Assembly: GCA_040437565.1 (NCBI GenBank) | Contig: JBDOQK010000008.1 | Coordinates: forward strand, 248,001 to 312,000 | Reading direction: 5' to 3' | Origin: Albugo candida | Lineage: Eukaryota | DNA: 64,000 bases | In this document: piece by piece, positions 37,916 to 51,000 of the stretch | Layout: every line of letters begins with the position of its first letter | How positions within the stretch are numbered: position 1 is the stretch's first letter | Notes under the pieces: generated by a model | What the model saw: the letters and a program-made list of their open reading frames with translations, nothing else | What the model was told of the DNA's origin: nothing | Database searches by the model: none | Translations under genes and position numbers: made by a program

Positions 37916-40900
37916 ATGAGTGTGAGACAATGTGTTTTCGCAGCATTCTGCTTCTGTAACCGCACGCTTTTCATCGTAGCAGAAAAGAATGAAAGTGTGT
38001 TTGGCACTAGTCAGCTCGATTGGTTTAGTGAGCGGTACCCCGATGCAGCCTCACAAAAACTGACTTTGCCCTCGGGTGACGCAGCCAAAGGGTCTACGAT
38101 GATGACAGCCGCAGATTTATTGCCGACACTTACAACACCCACGATTTTGACTTCTTTCACTGCCAAATTAACCAAGCCGAATCACACCTTTCCAAAAATT
38201 CCCATTCCACTGAATGTCCCTGCACCTCCTGGAGACCCCGAGAAGCCCATAAAGCCTTCACTCGACAACCAATTTGTGCGTGATATATTTTATTTCCAAG
38301 CGCGTGTTTTTTCTTATAAATGTTGTGGTTGTAGGCTGGATGGCTCCAAATCGTTCGAATCAAAGATTTGAAAAAGTTTGTTATCAAATCTGGAAAATCA
38401 AAGGCTAAAGCGAAAAAACATCAGATGATTGCGTTTCGTGCAAATCGCCGTACAGATTTCAATACGTATTCCAATGATTTTGTGGGTAATGGGTCCACGA
38501 AAAGCGATCACAATGTGACGCAGCCTCCGTTTCTTGGAGAAGTTCCGTACACGACGACAAAGAATGCGACGACATACTTTGTCGCATTCGAATCAGATGG
38601 TCTGGCCACTCTGCAAGCCGGCAAAGATGGACAATTTTGGGGATTCGACTATGGCGAAAGCAAAGTTATTTGGGTCAAAGAACGCAACGATGCGATTCGC
38701 TTACAAATCTACGTCAATAAAGAAAAAGATGTCTTGTTCCTCAAAACAGCAAATGATTACTTTGTCAGCTTTCGAGGGAATTTATTCAGCAACAGCACAG
38801 CCAAAACCGAAGGAAAGCACGGACTGACACTGTTATCGATTTTATGTGATACTGGACTCTTCTATGCTCCTAAAGCCAAATTGCGAGATATGAATTCATA
38901 CATTGTCCATTACCGCCGACACGCTCTCATCGATTATCATGGAAAAGTATCTCCGCTCTTTGCACCATATGATTATGCCCTGTCGGTACTTTTGCGAAGA
39001 GATCTGTCGTCATTCCACATTTCGACCACCAATTATCGCTATGAATGGTTCAATATGTTATATACAATGACACAAGTTATGGTGCTCAATATCCCGGAAT
39101 ATCGTTCCATGTACACAACCTTCGGAACCAATATTTCGGATGATTTCAATATAAATGCGATTTTATGGCCACAGCACGATATCGATGTATTAGGCGTCCA
39201 ATACGGCTCATTGAAGCTATTGAAAATCGCATCCGAGCCTCCTGAAAGCGCCAAAAAGGATACCAGGCGATTGGAATGGGCTGGCATCGTCGGCACATTG
39301 ATCTCACGAGCTTGGCTCCGAGACATCAAAGCAAAGCGGTATCTGATACTCTCCGATGAAACTAGTGTGCATACGGTTCTCCGAACATTTTACACATGGT
39401 CGTGTACGTTGGCTAATCTTATGCTTCCACATTTGTCGACTCAGATGCAGTTGGAGCATATTGAGATCCTGCATCCACTGGATACGAACGACCCTTACTT
39501 GGAGAAGGATCAAAATGGGCAATACTGGTTCGATACCTTTGCAATTTGGGAAGTCATGCCTCTTTCTAAAGCCAATATTTTGCCGGACTTGGGTCTGTTG
39601 AGATATCTTCCCGGAGATTTCTTAAAGCTCGGGTCTTATGTGGGTGCTCGACTCGTTGCAATGATCATCTCGGAGACCATGAAAATCCTTAGTCAAAGTA
39701 ATATTCGAGGTCTCCTCCAATATTCAAGTCAGGATAAATTCATATCAATCAAGAAAGCCGCAGATGATATTTGTACACCAGACTCCAAGCTGCGATTTTG
39801 TCTTGTACAAGCCATTTTGACTCAATTCAAAGCGCTTTACTCGAGCCTCCAGACTATGTTTCCTACAAGATCGATCACATCGCTTTCAATGTTTCAAGAC
39901 ACCAACTTGCAGGAATATGTTGAGCAGCTGCTACAGCAAAGTACCCAAAAGGATCTGTTGGGTGTGATCGCCATGCGAAAAACTACTTTACTTGACATAC
40001 TGGCCCAGAGTATGAACAAACCAGCTTCTCTTATCCTCGATACGCGGCTTGAGCTTATTCTGGAGTCTAGTGGAGCCATGGCTAAAAGTCAGGCTTCACT
40101 GTCCAAGCATCTTCAGATCACGATGAAATTCGAACGTATGACTCGATCGGCTCAATTCGATCACAAAGTCACGATGATGTCTGAAGAAACACAGGCTGCG
40201 ATTCAAGGCAAAGCTCAATTAACCGCTTCCATGCAAAAACTTGCCATCCGAGCTAATGGAGAGCAAATCGTCGAAACTTTGGTAAATATGGTCGAACTTA
40301 CACTTTCAGCTTTTGCTGTTTACAATCCGTTTGCCGCAAGCCCAGAGTTGGATCTTCCTCAGGTTGGTTACATGATGACCGATGTCAATCGATTGAGCAA
40401 ATCCCTAGCAGGTCTCGTGGACACCGGCATGTTGACCTTTGCCTCGAGCAAGACTGCCCCACAAAGATTTGCCAGTATCATAACACGAATGATTCAGTAT
40501 CAGTATGCGATTGGGAATTTAAGTGAGGCTGTGCGTCCGTTACTCAATGACAGCGCCCTGGAAATTGATGAGAGTAAGCTGGAGCAATACGCTCCGACAT
40601 TTCTGGCTGCGTACGCAAAGTTCTCTCCTCCGGTCACGAATCCAGAAATCATGGAGCTTCAGTCCCTCATGTGTGCAATCATTCAGGCATTTTGTGCAAA
40701 GATCAATATTGATGAGTATGAAGGATGTATGACTGCCCCCAGCGACGCCATCAGAGTCTTTACGAGTCTTAGTCAAAGTACCATAATCGCCATCGACGCA
40801 GTGGAGACACTGTTTCAAGTCGCCACGGCGGCCGTCAACGTCCAATACGCTGCCAAAATTGGTAACGATGCTTTGCTGAGAGAGCAATACGTCGAACAGG

Positions 40901-42090
40901 GAACAGCACTTCTGCAGTCGAAATGGGATAATGATCGCACGAAAAAGGAGCTATGGTGGGCAAATTGGAAATTACAAGCTCAATACGCTGACGATATGGC
41001 AAATTTTGGACTTATTATCACTCGTACGTTGTTATTGCAGGGCGTCATCGCATTGTGCAATCAATACGCTTACATCAACGGAGGAATCTCACACTTTGTA
41101 TGCAAGTCGACAATTTTTCAACTCAAACCAATGTCAGATACTCAGATTGAGATTCTGATTACTGCGAAAACCGCTGTATCGCCTCAAGAATTGGATGTCG
41201 TCGCTTATATTCCAACCCAGCCGTCGTACCCGGGCGATCTTGCCTACCTTGATATGGGTAAGCTCATGAATGAAGAAACCCTCCATTTTCAAATCCCAAT
41301 GAATATGAAATGGCTCGAAACCTTTGGCTGGATCCCAAAAGTCAATGGAAATTTTAATCTGAGGTCTGTCTTCATCAAAGCCATGAATGTATACCTTCCA
41401 CCACGCTACGTAAATCATAAAAACAAGAAGACTCAGGTATCGATTCATGTCAACTTTACGGGCCGATCCATCCTCCTGAATGGGAAACAAGTTATCATCC
41501 CATCTTCCGATTTCATCAATAGTTATGAAGAGCGACCGAGTTCCTATGTTGGCCTATGCAGTTCTGTCCAGCTTCCATTCCATCAATGTGATCCGTATCT
41601 ACCCAAAGTATGCTCGACATCCCGTTCGACCCTCCCTCCCAAGCTCTTGCCAAGCTTGTTCAGCCCCTGTAAGATTCAAGCTTCTTTCTCGGATCCACGT
41701 TTGCGAGCAAAAGATGGTCGATACAAATACACGAACGTGACTTCGCCTCTCTATTTGCCCGTTGGACTGACACTCGAAATCTTCAATAACGAGCCTACTC
41801 AGCCAAATACACGCCTTCATGCCACGCCATCAAAGCCAAATGCAAGAAAAGGTGCCAAGCCAATCGTCCAATCTCGATATCCACGAAGCGCCACTCGTCA
41901 GCTCTCATTGAGAAGCGAGCCATCACCGAGCGCGCAAACACAAGCTCCTAATAGGTGTTGTCCCGTCGGATTCTACAAGAATTGGATACAAGGAAGCTGT
42001 CATCAATGTCCTGTCAATAGCGTGTCACAAATGGGCGGTTTTTACTGCGTATCGCTTGACGCTTCCTCTCCAATTCCGGCGATCTCGTAG
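37916..42090 (+). CDS. Large (about 1370 aa) putatively secreted uncharacterised protein, paralog A; intron 38276..38334
   Basis: A phase-0 GT..AG intron joins a 120-codon exon to the long ORF. Colinear motifs are shared with 42893..47884. C-terminal CCPxG..C.QCP..G.YC cysteine module. The signal peptide is weak. Confidence 0.85.
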
Positions 42091-42159
42091 TTCAAGATGT
42101 TCTGCATAGTACCTAGTTTTACGTAAAAAAGTTATTTTTCCACAGCAAAGTGAGAAAAC

Positions 42160-42810
42160 ATGTTCCAAGACAAAAAACTCAATGCGAATCCGACCGTATA
42201 TGCTGTTGAGAAGCCAGTTTTGTGTGATTATGATGCTTACGATCCGAGCGACGAGGCGACAGTAGATCCCTTTGATAATGAAGAAGTATTCCGTACGTTT
42301 TATAGTACACAATAAGCAAAGCATTTGAATTAAGGCTAAACGCTGTAGAAATGATTCGTCATATCAACGATCCGGAGCACCCGCTGACTCTAGAACAACT
42401 CAAAGTAGCTACATTGGACAACGTGCATGTGAACGAACGCGATAGTTTGATAAAAGTGTTTTTCACGCCGACAATTCCTCACTGCAGGTTTTTGATTTGT
42501 ATGTGAATTTCTTGCAATTTTATTGATATTCTGTGCTCAGTATGGCGACACTTATTGGGCTCTGTTTGCGCGTAAAGCTTATCCGATCGCTACCAACGCG
42601 TTTCAAAGTCGATATTCTCGTGTCACCTGGAAGTCACACCTCAGAGGACGCGAGTAAGGACCGCATTTGCATGAGCATTGACTGTATTGACGGGCTATAT
42701 ATCGCGTAGTAAACAAACAGCTCAACGATAAAGAACGGGTCGCAGCAGCATTGGAAAACACACACTTGGTTCAAGTCGTCAATCAATGTATAGCAAATTC
42801 AAATAAGTAG
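42160..42810 (+). CDS. CIAO2B: MIP18/FAM96 (CIA2B-like) cytosolic Fe-S assembly factor, 4 exons; missed by ORF track
   Basis: Spliced: [84 protein letters not shown]. Confidence 0.93.
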
Positions 42811-42892
42811 AGTGATCGACCGGGCGGCGGTCTTTAGGACGAATACGAGAGGCTTGAGATCGCATACATTTATTGTATTTTGAATGAAAAAA

Positions 42893-45800
42893 CTATACCT
42901 TCGATTCCGCCTCTTTTGCATTTGCGGTCGATGGACGATTTTTCAAAAAGGCTTTTGGAGTAGAAGCTGTTGGAGCCGAAGCCGTTGGAGCCGAAGCTGT
43001 TGGAGCCGAAGCTGTTGGAGCCGAAGGCGTCGAAGTTGCAGCGTTCGCAGTTGAAAGCGATACGCAATACAAGCCTGCCATGCGTGATTTTGTGCCTCGT
43101 GGACATTGGTAGCAGCTCTGCTCCAGCCCATCTATATACTGTCCTATCGGACAGCATCGTTGCTGTCCCTCTTCGACGAGATTTCGACGAAGAAGTTTTT
43201 TTTCAGAAGATGGCGCTGGAGGTTCGACGGCAGTTTTGGAATTGGGGACCGTCTGACTTGGTGCTGGGGTACCTTCCTCTTCTTTCTCCATCAAATTGGC
43301 AGATTTTTCGGCAGTGCTGGGTGCGTAAGTGGAACCTGCTGCATTCACTGTACCAGGGTCACCACTCGTAGTGGTCGTGGCATCTTGCTTTTGAGGACCA
43401 AGTTTGTAGACTTGATACGTCACATGCGCTGTTAGCATCAAATTGGTAGCCAAAGCATCATAATCAATCAGGGGTGATGTACGATTGGGGAACTCAGCCC
43501 TGACAAAAAATCGGCTAAACAATGGAGGAAGAAAAGTCGGCACTCGCGTTGGACCATTGCGCGAGCACACAGTCGGCAAGAGTGTGCTGCAATCTCTAAT
43601 GGGAAGCTGCACAACCGGACATTGCCCAATATAACTTCGAGGCTGTTCTTCATAGTTGTTGATAAAGCGTGTTCTGGGAATTACAACCACTTTGTTTCGA
43701 AGAGCTGAACCAAAGGAAGAGAAACCGGGAAAGCTCACAGTGATTTTTACCGGACATCGTTGCGTGGCGTAGTTTGCATACGGCGGAAAAGCAAAAATCT
43801 TTATATCTCTCACATAAACAGTCGACGAATTTGAAGCCGCTTGTGCGCTTGTGAGCCATTGAAACTTTGTGAGCAATGAGACGTTGTTTGGTAATAAGAA
43901 AGGAACACTTTCACCTCTCATGAGCTTACCGAGAGGAAGATAGCTCGTATCGCCTGGGAATTGTGGTTGCGTGGGGATCGATGCAATCATTTTGACGGAC
44001 TGAGTTGATGCACTTGCCTCATACGAAGCCAACAGTTCAATTTGCGCACTTGAGATCGGCTTTAACTGATATACTGTGGTTCCACAAACAGGAATGGGAT
44101 TGCCGCCATTCTTGTACGTAAGCTCATCGCAATATTGAATAATCGCTTGCAGTAAGTTGGCATGACTGGTAAGTATACCAAGAGAAGCCATCGACTCTGA
44201 AAGACTCAAATCATTTCTAAAGGTACTCCACCATTCTTCTCTCTTCTTTGCATCATCGGCCCATTTGTTTTTTAAGAGCTGTATACTGTCATCCGTACTT
44301 TTGCTCTGTGTTTCGGCTTCAGATGTAATCCTTTGGGCATTTTGATTATTCAACGCGGCGCTTGCGATATGAAACATGATATCGACAGAGTCCATAGCGG
44401 CGACAATACTTTCAGTAAGACTTCCGAATACAAATGCGACTTCAGCTGGAGCCGTGACACATCCAGCAAAACCATCAATATTGATAAGCGAACAAAAAGC
44501 ATCGATGACAGTCGACATCAGCGTTCGCACTTCATCGACCTCATTGTCAAAAATCGTTGGTCTGAAGGTATCATACACGGCAATAAACGCAGCTGCATGC
44601 TGTGCGAGACCATCGACATTCACAGTTAAATCAGCCGTAATAAGCGCTTTTAACGGCTCGTAGATTCGCTGAATTTCCTTCTGGAAAAGTACCATTCGCT
44701 GGAGAATATCATCAAGACGTCTTGCTCCTTCCACGGATATAAAAGCACGCAGCTGTTCCAATTGTACCATATTAGTGATCGATTTTGACAGCCGATTGAG
44801 ATCGACTACCAGACTTCCTACTCTTGCGGGATCCACTACCATGCCGTATGGATTGACCACAGTCAGGACGGCAAGTGTGGTTTCGAATGTATCAATGACC
44901 AATTCCACAATTTGCTCTGTTTTCGCTCGATTGGAAAGCTGTCTTACCGCAGTCATCATCCCACCTCTGCGTTCATCTGCTCTGTTGAGAGCGTTTTTCA
45001 TTGCTCGCATCCTACGCTCATATTGGGCTTGACGACTTTGTACATCAAAGCTTGATGAGCGCGTTAGATGCTTCCCGAGCTCTTCTTGCGACTTTACAAG
45101 GAGGCCATTGACCTGAAGCATCTGATCGATAGTTGCGTCTTGAATATCAGCTATTGTTTGCTTCATTGTTTCTTGCAGAAAAGTAAATACTTCTTTTCTT
45201 TGCTTGGCGATTGTGCCTACGATACCTTCCTGAGCATTTTGCTTTATAAGCTGCATCAAATACTTTTGTGTGTCAACTTCTGCAAAGCTCGTCAAACGTG
45301 TCACTCCTTTCTGTACAAACATATTGTTCAGCGATCCTGCAAGTGTCGATAGCTGAGTCATCAAACTACCAACGGCACAAAATTGGGCCCTTGTTTCCAA
45401 AGTGCATTTTGCGTTGATAAGAGCACCCAGCACACCAAAGTTGTCATTGCTTGTAAGCTTGAATATTCCACCAAAGTCAGAATCGGACACATACTTGAGA
45501 CCATCTACCGAGATATTGGATGTGAATTCAGCCCCAATGTTGGCGTCTTGTACGACCTCCAAAGGCAGATGCAGTATCAAGCCCATCTGCGCAAAGATCT
45601 TGAAATTATCAACAGGTTCTCCAGCCACACTAAGAAACACGGAAAACCAGTATTGTTGATTCGCGTCTTTGCCGATATATTCTTTGCCAGCATCACCGGA
45701 TGTCAAAATCTCCGTAAAGTTGAGCTTTTGTAAAAGCGTCGCATTGGGAAGCATCAGCGTTGCAAGCTTGCACGAAGAGGAGTAATAAAGCTGAAGGGCG

Positions 45801-47884
45801 CTCTCAGTTGTTATCGTCGGTTGAGCAAACACATACTCTTTTTTCTCAACATTCCGCAGCCATGCATGTGCAACGATCGCAGAAAGTGATCCTGACCATA
45901 CTTGCCGCGCTGGTGTAATTGTCGTAAGCGGTATTGGATATTGAGCGATTCGCAATAGACTGTCAGTGACAGCCGATAGGGAGACACTGGCTTCGGTGAC
46001 ATCAATGAGTTGAGTAATGTCAAAGTCTTGAGCCATTCGCTTTCCAAAAGAGCCATACATTTTTCTATATGCTGGGATATTGACAACGACGACCTGAGTC
46101 ATTGTGAAGAGCACATTGAACATTGTGTACGGATCGTTTAAAATTGGCGATCGAAATTCGCTTATTTCCATTCCATTGGCAATAGATAGAGCCATTTCGT
46201 ACGCCATAAAGGGTGATGGAATCGCTTCTTTTTTCGCTTCGATCGCTTTTTGTCGATAACTCACTACTTGCGCATTAAGGTCTCGTGTTTGGATCTTAGG
46301 TGCGTAGAAGAAGGAATTTTCGGTGACCGCTTGGGATGTAATCAGACAACGAGATACTTCATCGCCCATGTATATATTTTCATCCGAATTTGGTGCGGTG
46401 CCTGTCAATTGCGTAGGCTTGGCACTTATCGGTCCTTTGCCTGCATCTGGGACATTTGTACCTGCAGGTTTTGCTGGTACATTTATGCGTGTATCAGCCA
46501 ATTTTGGAGGGAGACTTGCTGTCCGGACAGATTCCTTTGATGGAGGGCTACCAGATTGAAGCTTTCGTCGAGTTCCTGGAGCAGCAGATGCCGGTGGTTT
46601 ATCAGGCGGGATCATGGTAACTGAGCTTGGAGAGGGTGTTCTGACTCCTGCATCCGAAGTTGCAGGAGCTTGATCATCCTCTTGACCTAGTTTGACTTGA
46701 ATCATTGCAGCGGCGTTGTTTGGAACACTTCCCATGAAACTCAAAAACTTGTCGCCATGCTTGAAAATCACGACGTCCAATGTATCTAAAAGATAGATTT
46801 CCATCCTCACAGCCATCGCCGCAGTATCCACCCATTCAATAACGTTGGTTCTGACGTTCAAAGCCCAATATTGCTGACTGGCAAAAGATCTTACGATAGC
46901 AGTTCCATTGCTATCGAAGAATAGATTGTAACATTCGATAGCGGGAGCCTCACCACTCTTTGTGGTACTTGACCAAGCTACCTCCCCAACACAGGTACTT
47001 ACTGAGCCCTTTAGAGGTCCAATGGGACCATGAGAGTAAGTATCAAAGTCGGCACGGCGATTAGAGAAAAAGCTGTAGCATTTGTTGACTTGTGGGATCT
47101 TACTATCCGATGCCGATGCTGATTCAAACTTGTCTAAAGATTCTGCTGATAAAACTCGGACCAAGCCATTCTATGACAATGCAGCGTTGTATTAGGTACA
47201 CATGCACATATTGNNNNNNNNNNNNNNNNNNNNNNNNNNNNNNNNNNNNNNNNNNNNNNNNNNNNNNNNNNNNNNNNNNNNNNNNNNNNNNNNNNNNNNN
47301 NNNNNNNNNNNNNGGCACGGCGATTAGAGAAAAAGCTGTAGCATTTGTTGACTTGTGGGATCTTACTATCCGATGCCGATGCTGATTCAAACTTGTCTAA
47401 AGATTCTGCTGATAAAACTCGGACCAAGCCATTCTATGACAATGCAGCGTTGTATTAGGTACACATGCACATATTGCAAATGAAAAAAACGTACATATGC
47501 CGAAGCCCCCAAAGCAGAATTTAGCGGACGAGTTGTGCCTCCATTTGTTGGAGATGTAGTTGCGCCTAATACTCCCGTTGTTACGCCACCTCCGTTGGTT
47601 CCTCCAGCTGGACCTTTCGCTACTGGTGGTGCTATTGGGCCGGGTACTGCAGTACCCGACTTATTAGGAGCAATTGGACCTCCTGCCTCTGGGGCTCCTG
47701 TTGATGGTATGGCCGGAGGACTAGCTGGTGCTGGTGGTGTTACTGGAGGAATCACTGGTGCTGGTGGTGTGACTGGAGGATTCACTGGTGCGTTTTGTGC
47801 TTTGATAGCGCGATCATCGTGTGATACGATGAGAAGTAGCGCGATTACTCTAATGGAACGTCTAAATCGCGTCTTCCAATTCAT
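42893..47884 (-). CDS. Large (about 1555 aa) secreted uncharacterised protein, paralog B; intron 47434..47494 (duplicated across gap 47214..47313)
   Basis: Signal-like MNWKTRFRRSIRVIALLLIVS and Pro-rich linker. Phase-0 intron at the same relative position as in paralog A. 1423-aa ORF with shared motifs and C-terminal Cys module. Confidence 0.88.
42954..43030. repeat. 15-bp coding tandem repeat (PTASA x4) in C-terminal tail of paralog B
   Basis: ttggagccgaagc(t/c)g units repeated directly. Confidence 0.9.
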
Positions 47885-48097
47885 ACTGTCACAAACAAAA
47901 TCGACGTGTGCACAAGCAAATACTTATTTCCAAATGAGTCATTGTAATTTTGTAAAGAAAACATATTGGACACCTCATCGCAGGATCATGATCATGACGT
48001 GGACGGGCAGGTAGAAGACAGATCACGAGCCTTTATAAACTCATATATATAAATAAAGCATAATTCTTTGATAACATGAAAGCTAGTACCTGAGCAC

Positions 48098-51000
48098 TCA
48101 AGCTGAACCGGCATAATGCAAGAAAACCAAACTAATCGCTATGATTGCGATGCCAAAGAAGAGGGAGATGCTGAAATACTTTCCACTTGGATCGAAACGA
48201 AAAGCACCTGGCACGAGCTCGATAGCAGTAATGGCCATAAGCATTCCAGCAACCACAGCGTAAAGCGTTGCTTGTAATGCTGAAGTCAAGCCACCGGATA
48301 CGACGATCCACCCCATTAATGCTCCCATGGGCTGAGCGATACCACTCAATGTCGTCCACTTCAGTGCTTGCCAGATACTGCCAGTTCCATAGTAGATCGG
48401 AGCAGCAATGGCGACACCTTCGGGAAAATTGTGCAGAATGATTCCTACCGAGAGCGTGACACCCGTNNNNNNNNNNNNNNNNNNNNNNNNNNNNNNNNNN
48501 NNNNNNNNNNNNNNNNNNNNNNNNNNNNNNNNNNNNNNNNNNNNNNNNNNNNNNNNNNNNNNNNNNGGATACGACGATCCACCCCATTAATGCTCCCATG
48601 GGCTGAGCGATACCACTCAATGTCGTCCACTTCAGTGCTTGCCAGATACTGCCAGTTCCATAGTAGATCGGAGCAGCAATGGCGACACCTTCGGGAAAAT
48701 TGTGCAGAATGATTCCTACCGAGAGCGTGACACCCGTTTTTAGGCCTTGTAAAGACGAAACAAATAGTGCTAGGCCTTCTGGAAAATTGTGGATGGCGAT
48801 AGCGATCCCTGTCATGATACCAGTTCTTTCAAATTCCTCTTTGGTGATGGCATTTGGCGCATGGAGAGAAGCACTTCTGACAGAACATCTTTGTTGTGAG
48901 ACTGAACTTGGTTGCGCTAGAAAATGCTCTTCAGTAGTCGATATTCCATTCTTGATTTTGAAGCTAATGTTGGATCCTGTGGCGCCAACTTGTGGTTCGT
49001 AATGGGGTTTTGGCTCTCGATCTTCCATGCTGTCATGGGAACTATCTGAGCCATGGCCAAAGCATCGGTGCACCAGTATTTCGACTAAATAGATCAACAA
49101 AACACCTCCAGAGAATGCAACACAGGTCGCTAACCATGACTTTCCGCTGCAAATTCTGTCACACGTCCCAATCTGAGTAGTACTCCCGCCATGCTCGTAA
49201 GCTTCAGCATCTCCATTACCGCCAACAGTAAAAGTAGCTCGATAATATGTGACTGCTTCTGACCACAGATCTGCAAAAGCGATAAAAATCATTACTCCTG
49301 CCGACAATGCAAATGCAGCCGCCAGAGAACGAGGCTTGGCTAATATCATCAAACATTTACATGAGACGACAAGTGTTGACATAATGGTAGCAATGCCGGC
49401 CAAAACACTCATACCCAAGGCAGAAAGAACGGTACTTGTTGGTATCTTATTCGTTCCTGAGCTGGTTTCATTCGGTGTGTCATCGTCTGTGGCCGTCAGC
49501 TGGAAGTAGCTCACCATTTGATTTGCTTCATGTTCCATCGTGTGACAATGCACCAAGTATGGTTCAGCCGTAGGGTCAAAACCGTATCCTTTGGCAGACC
49601 GATTGCTATTTTGCACAAGGTACTCATCAGGAGTACAAGCTACGTAACAGACCTGGGAAACCTTGTTGCTTGGGTCACTTGGGATCGCAACCACATCTTT
49701 CAGTCCGTTCTGATCAATTTCATCATCATTGGGACCGCATTGCGCATTCACAAGATGCCAATGAAATGGATGTGCTTCATCGGTTGGATTTTTGAAATTC
49801 CACTTTTCCACTTTGCCATATGTGCAATTAATAGTTCCAGTCACTTCTTGCAAACTCAGTTCTTGGTTTTGATATATAATCATTGCTTTTGAGGGACAAT
49901 TCAGATGATGTTCGTATTCTCCGAGACGAATGACACGTTCTTTACCCCTTGATTGCTTCCATAATGCTTTCAGATCTTTATATTTGACAAGTGTTTTTGG
50001 CATCTTTTTGTCTGTCGTTTGAGACTTCGCCAAGCGTTTAAGGACTCGAAGTTGAAACACTCGAGAGTCATAAGGAGTATCTTGTACGGCAGTTTGGCGA
50101 TCCACAACATCGTAAATCACCTCTTCTTGAGTGAATTTTGTAAAATCGCATAAAATTTCCAAACGTTGGAAAGGATAGAGAACTAGATTAGACTTCATTG
50201 CTAATACATTCTGTACGTATCCGCTGTCGGTGGCAATTTCTTCACAATATCTATGAAACGGAATGCTGAGATTATAGTGACGTGCATTGGCAACGTTTGC
50301 AAAACGGAGTCGGATCTGTCTTGATGGGACTTCTAGATACGGCATCACTATCCCATTGATCGTATTGACGGTTCCGAAAGATTCGGGTACCCATTTTGTA
50401 TTCGCGGTAGGTTCACATTGGTATTGAGAGTATAAAAGCTTTCCAGATTCATCCAGTATCCGATCTGCTAGCATCAACGGATAATCGTATTCTGACGGTA
50501 TATTCAGCCGAGTATCCAATTCTTGGTCTTCGATAATGTACAGCCCAACAAGTCCTGCCCAAACACTCAATCGTGCCAGACCAATCGCATGATCATGATA
50601 AAATTTTGTTGAGGGTGATTGAGCATTCAAGTACGTTGCTGTTGTACTTTGATTATCATAAATCGAGTACCGTGGCATGCCATCATTCTGTGGTGATGCC
50701 TCAAGCCCGTGCACATGGACAACCGCTGGGACTCCACAATGCGGGTAACAATGTGAGTCTGTGAACCTCAATAATGAGTCTTCAACATAGTCGTCCAGCA
50801 CATGTTTCCTTCCTAGTCTATTGTACCAAGTCACATTGACTGGTTTGTTTCTAGACACCAAAAGCGTCGGCCCAGGAAATGATGTAGTATCGTTCAACGG
50901 CCCGTATCCATATATGATATCCGACAATCCTTCGTGGCCTGTTCCATCCTCCCAGAAGTGCCTTGTTGGCGCCATTTGCATATCAGCATGATGACCATCC

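Noticed and set aside
37916-47884. RxLR or CHxC/CCG effector classification of the secreted paralogs
   Set aside because: No RxLR-dEER or CHxC motif near the N-terminus. The basic motifs are internal or C-terminal.
48132-48566. Frameshifted, non-ZIP C-terminus of the 1012-aa ORF (pseudogene?)
   Set aside because: Artefact of the gap plus 171-nt overlap. Collapsing it restores an intact ZIP ending at 48098.
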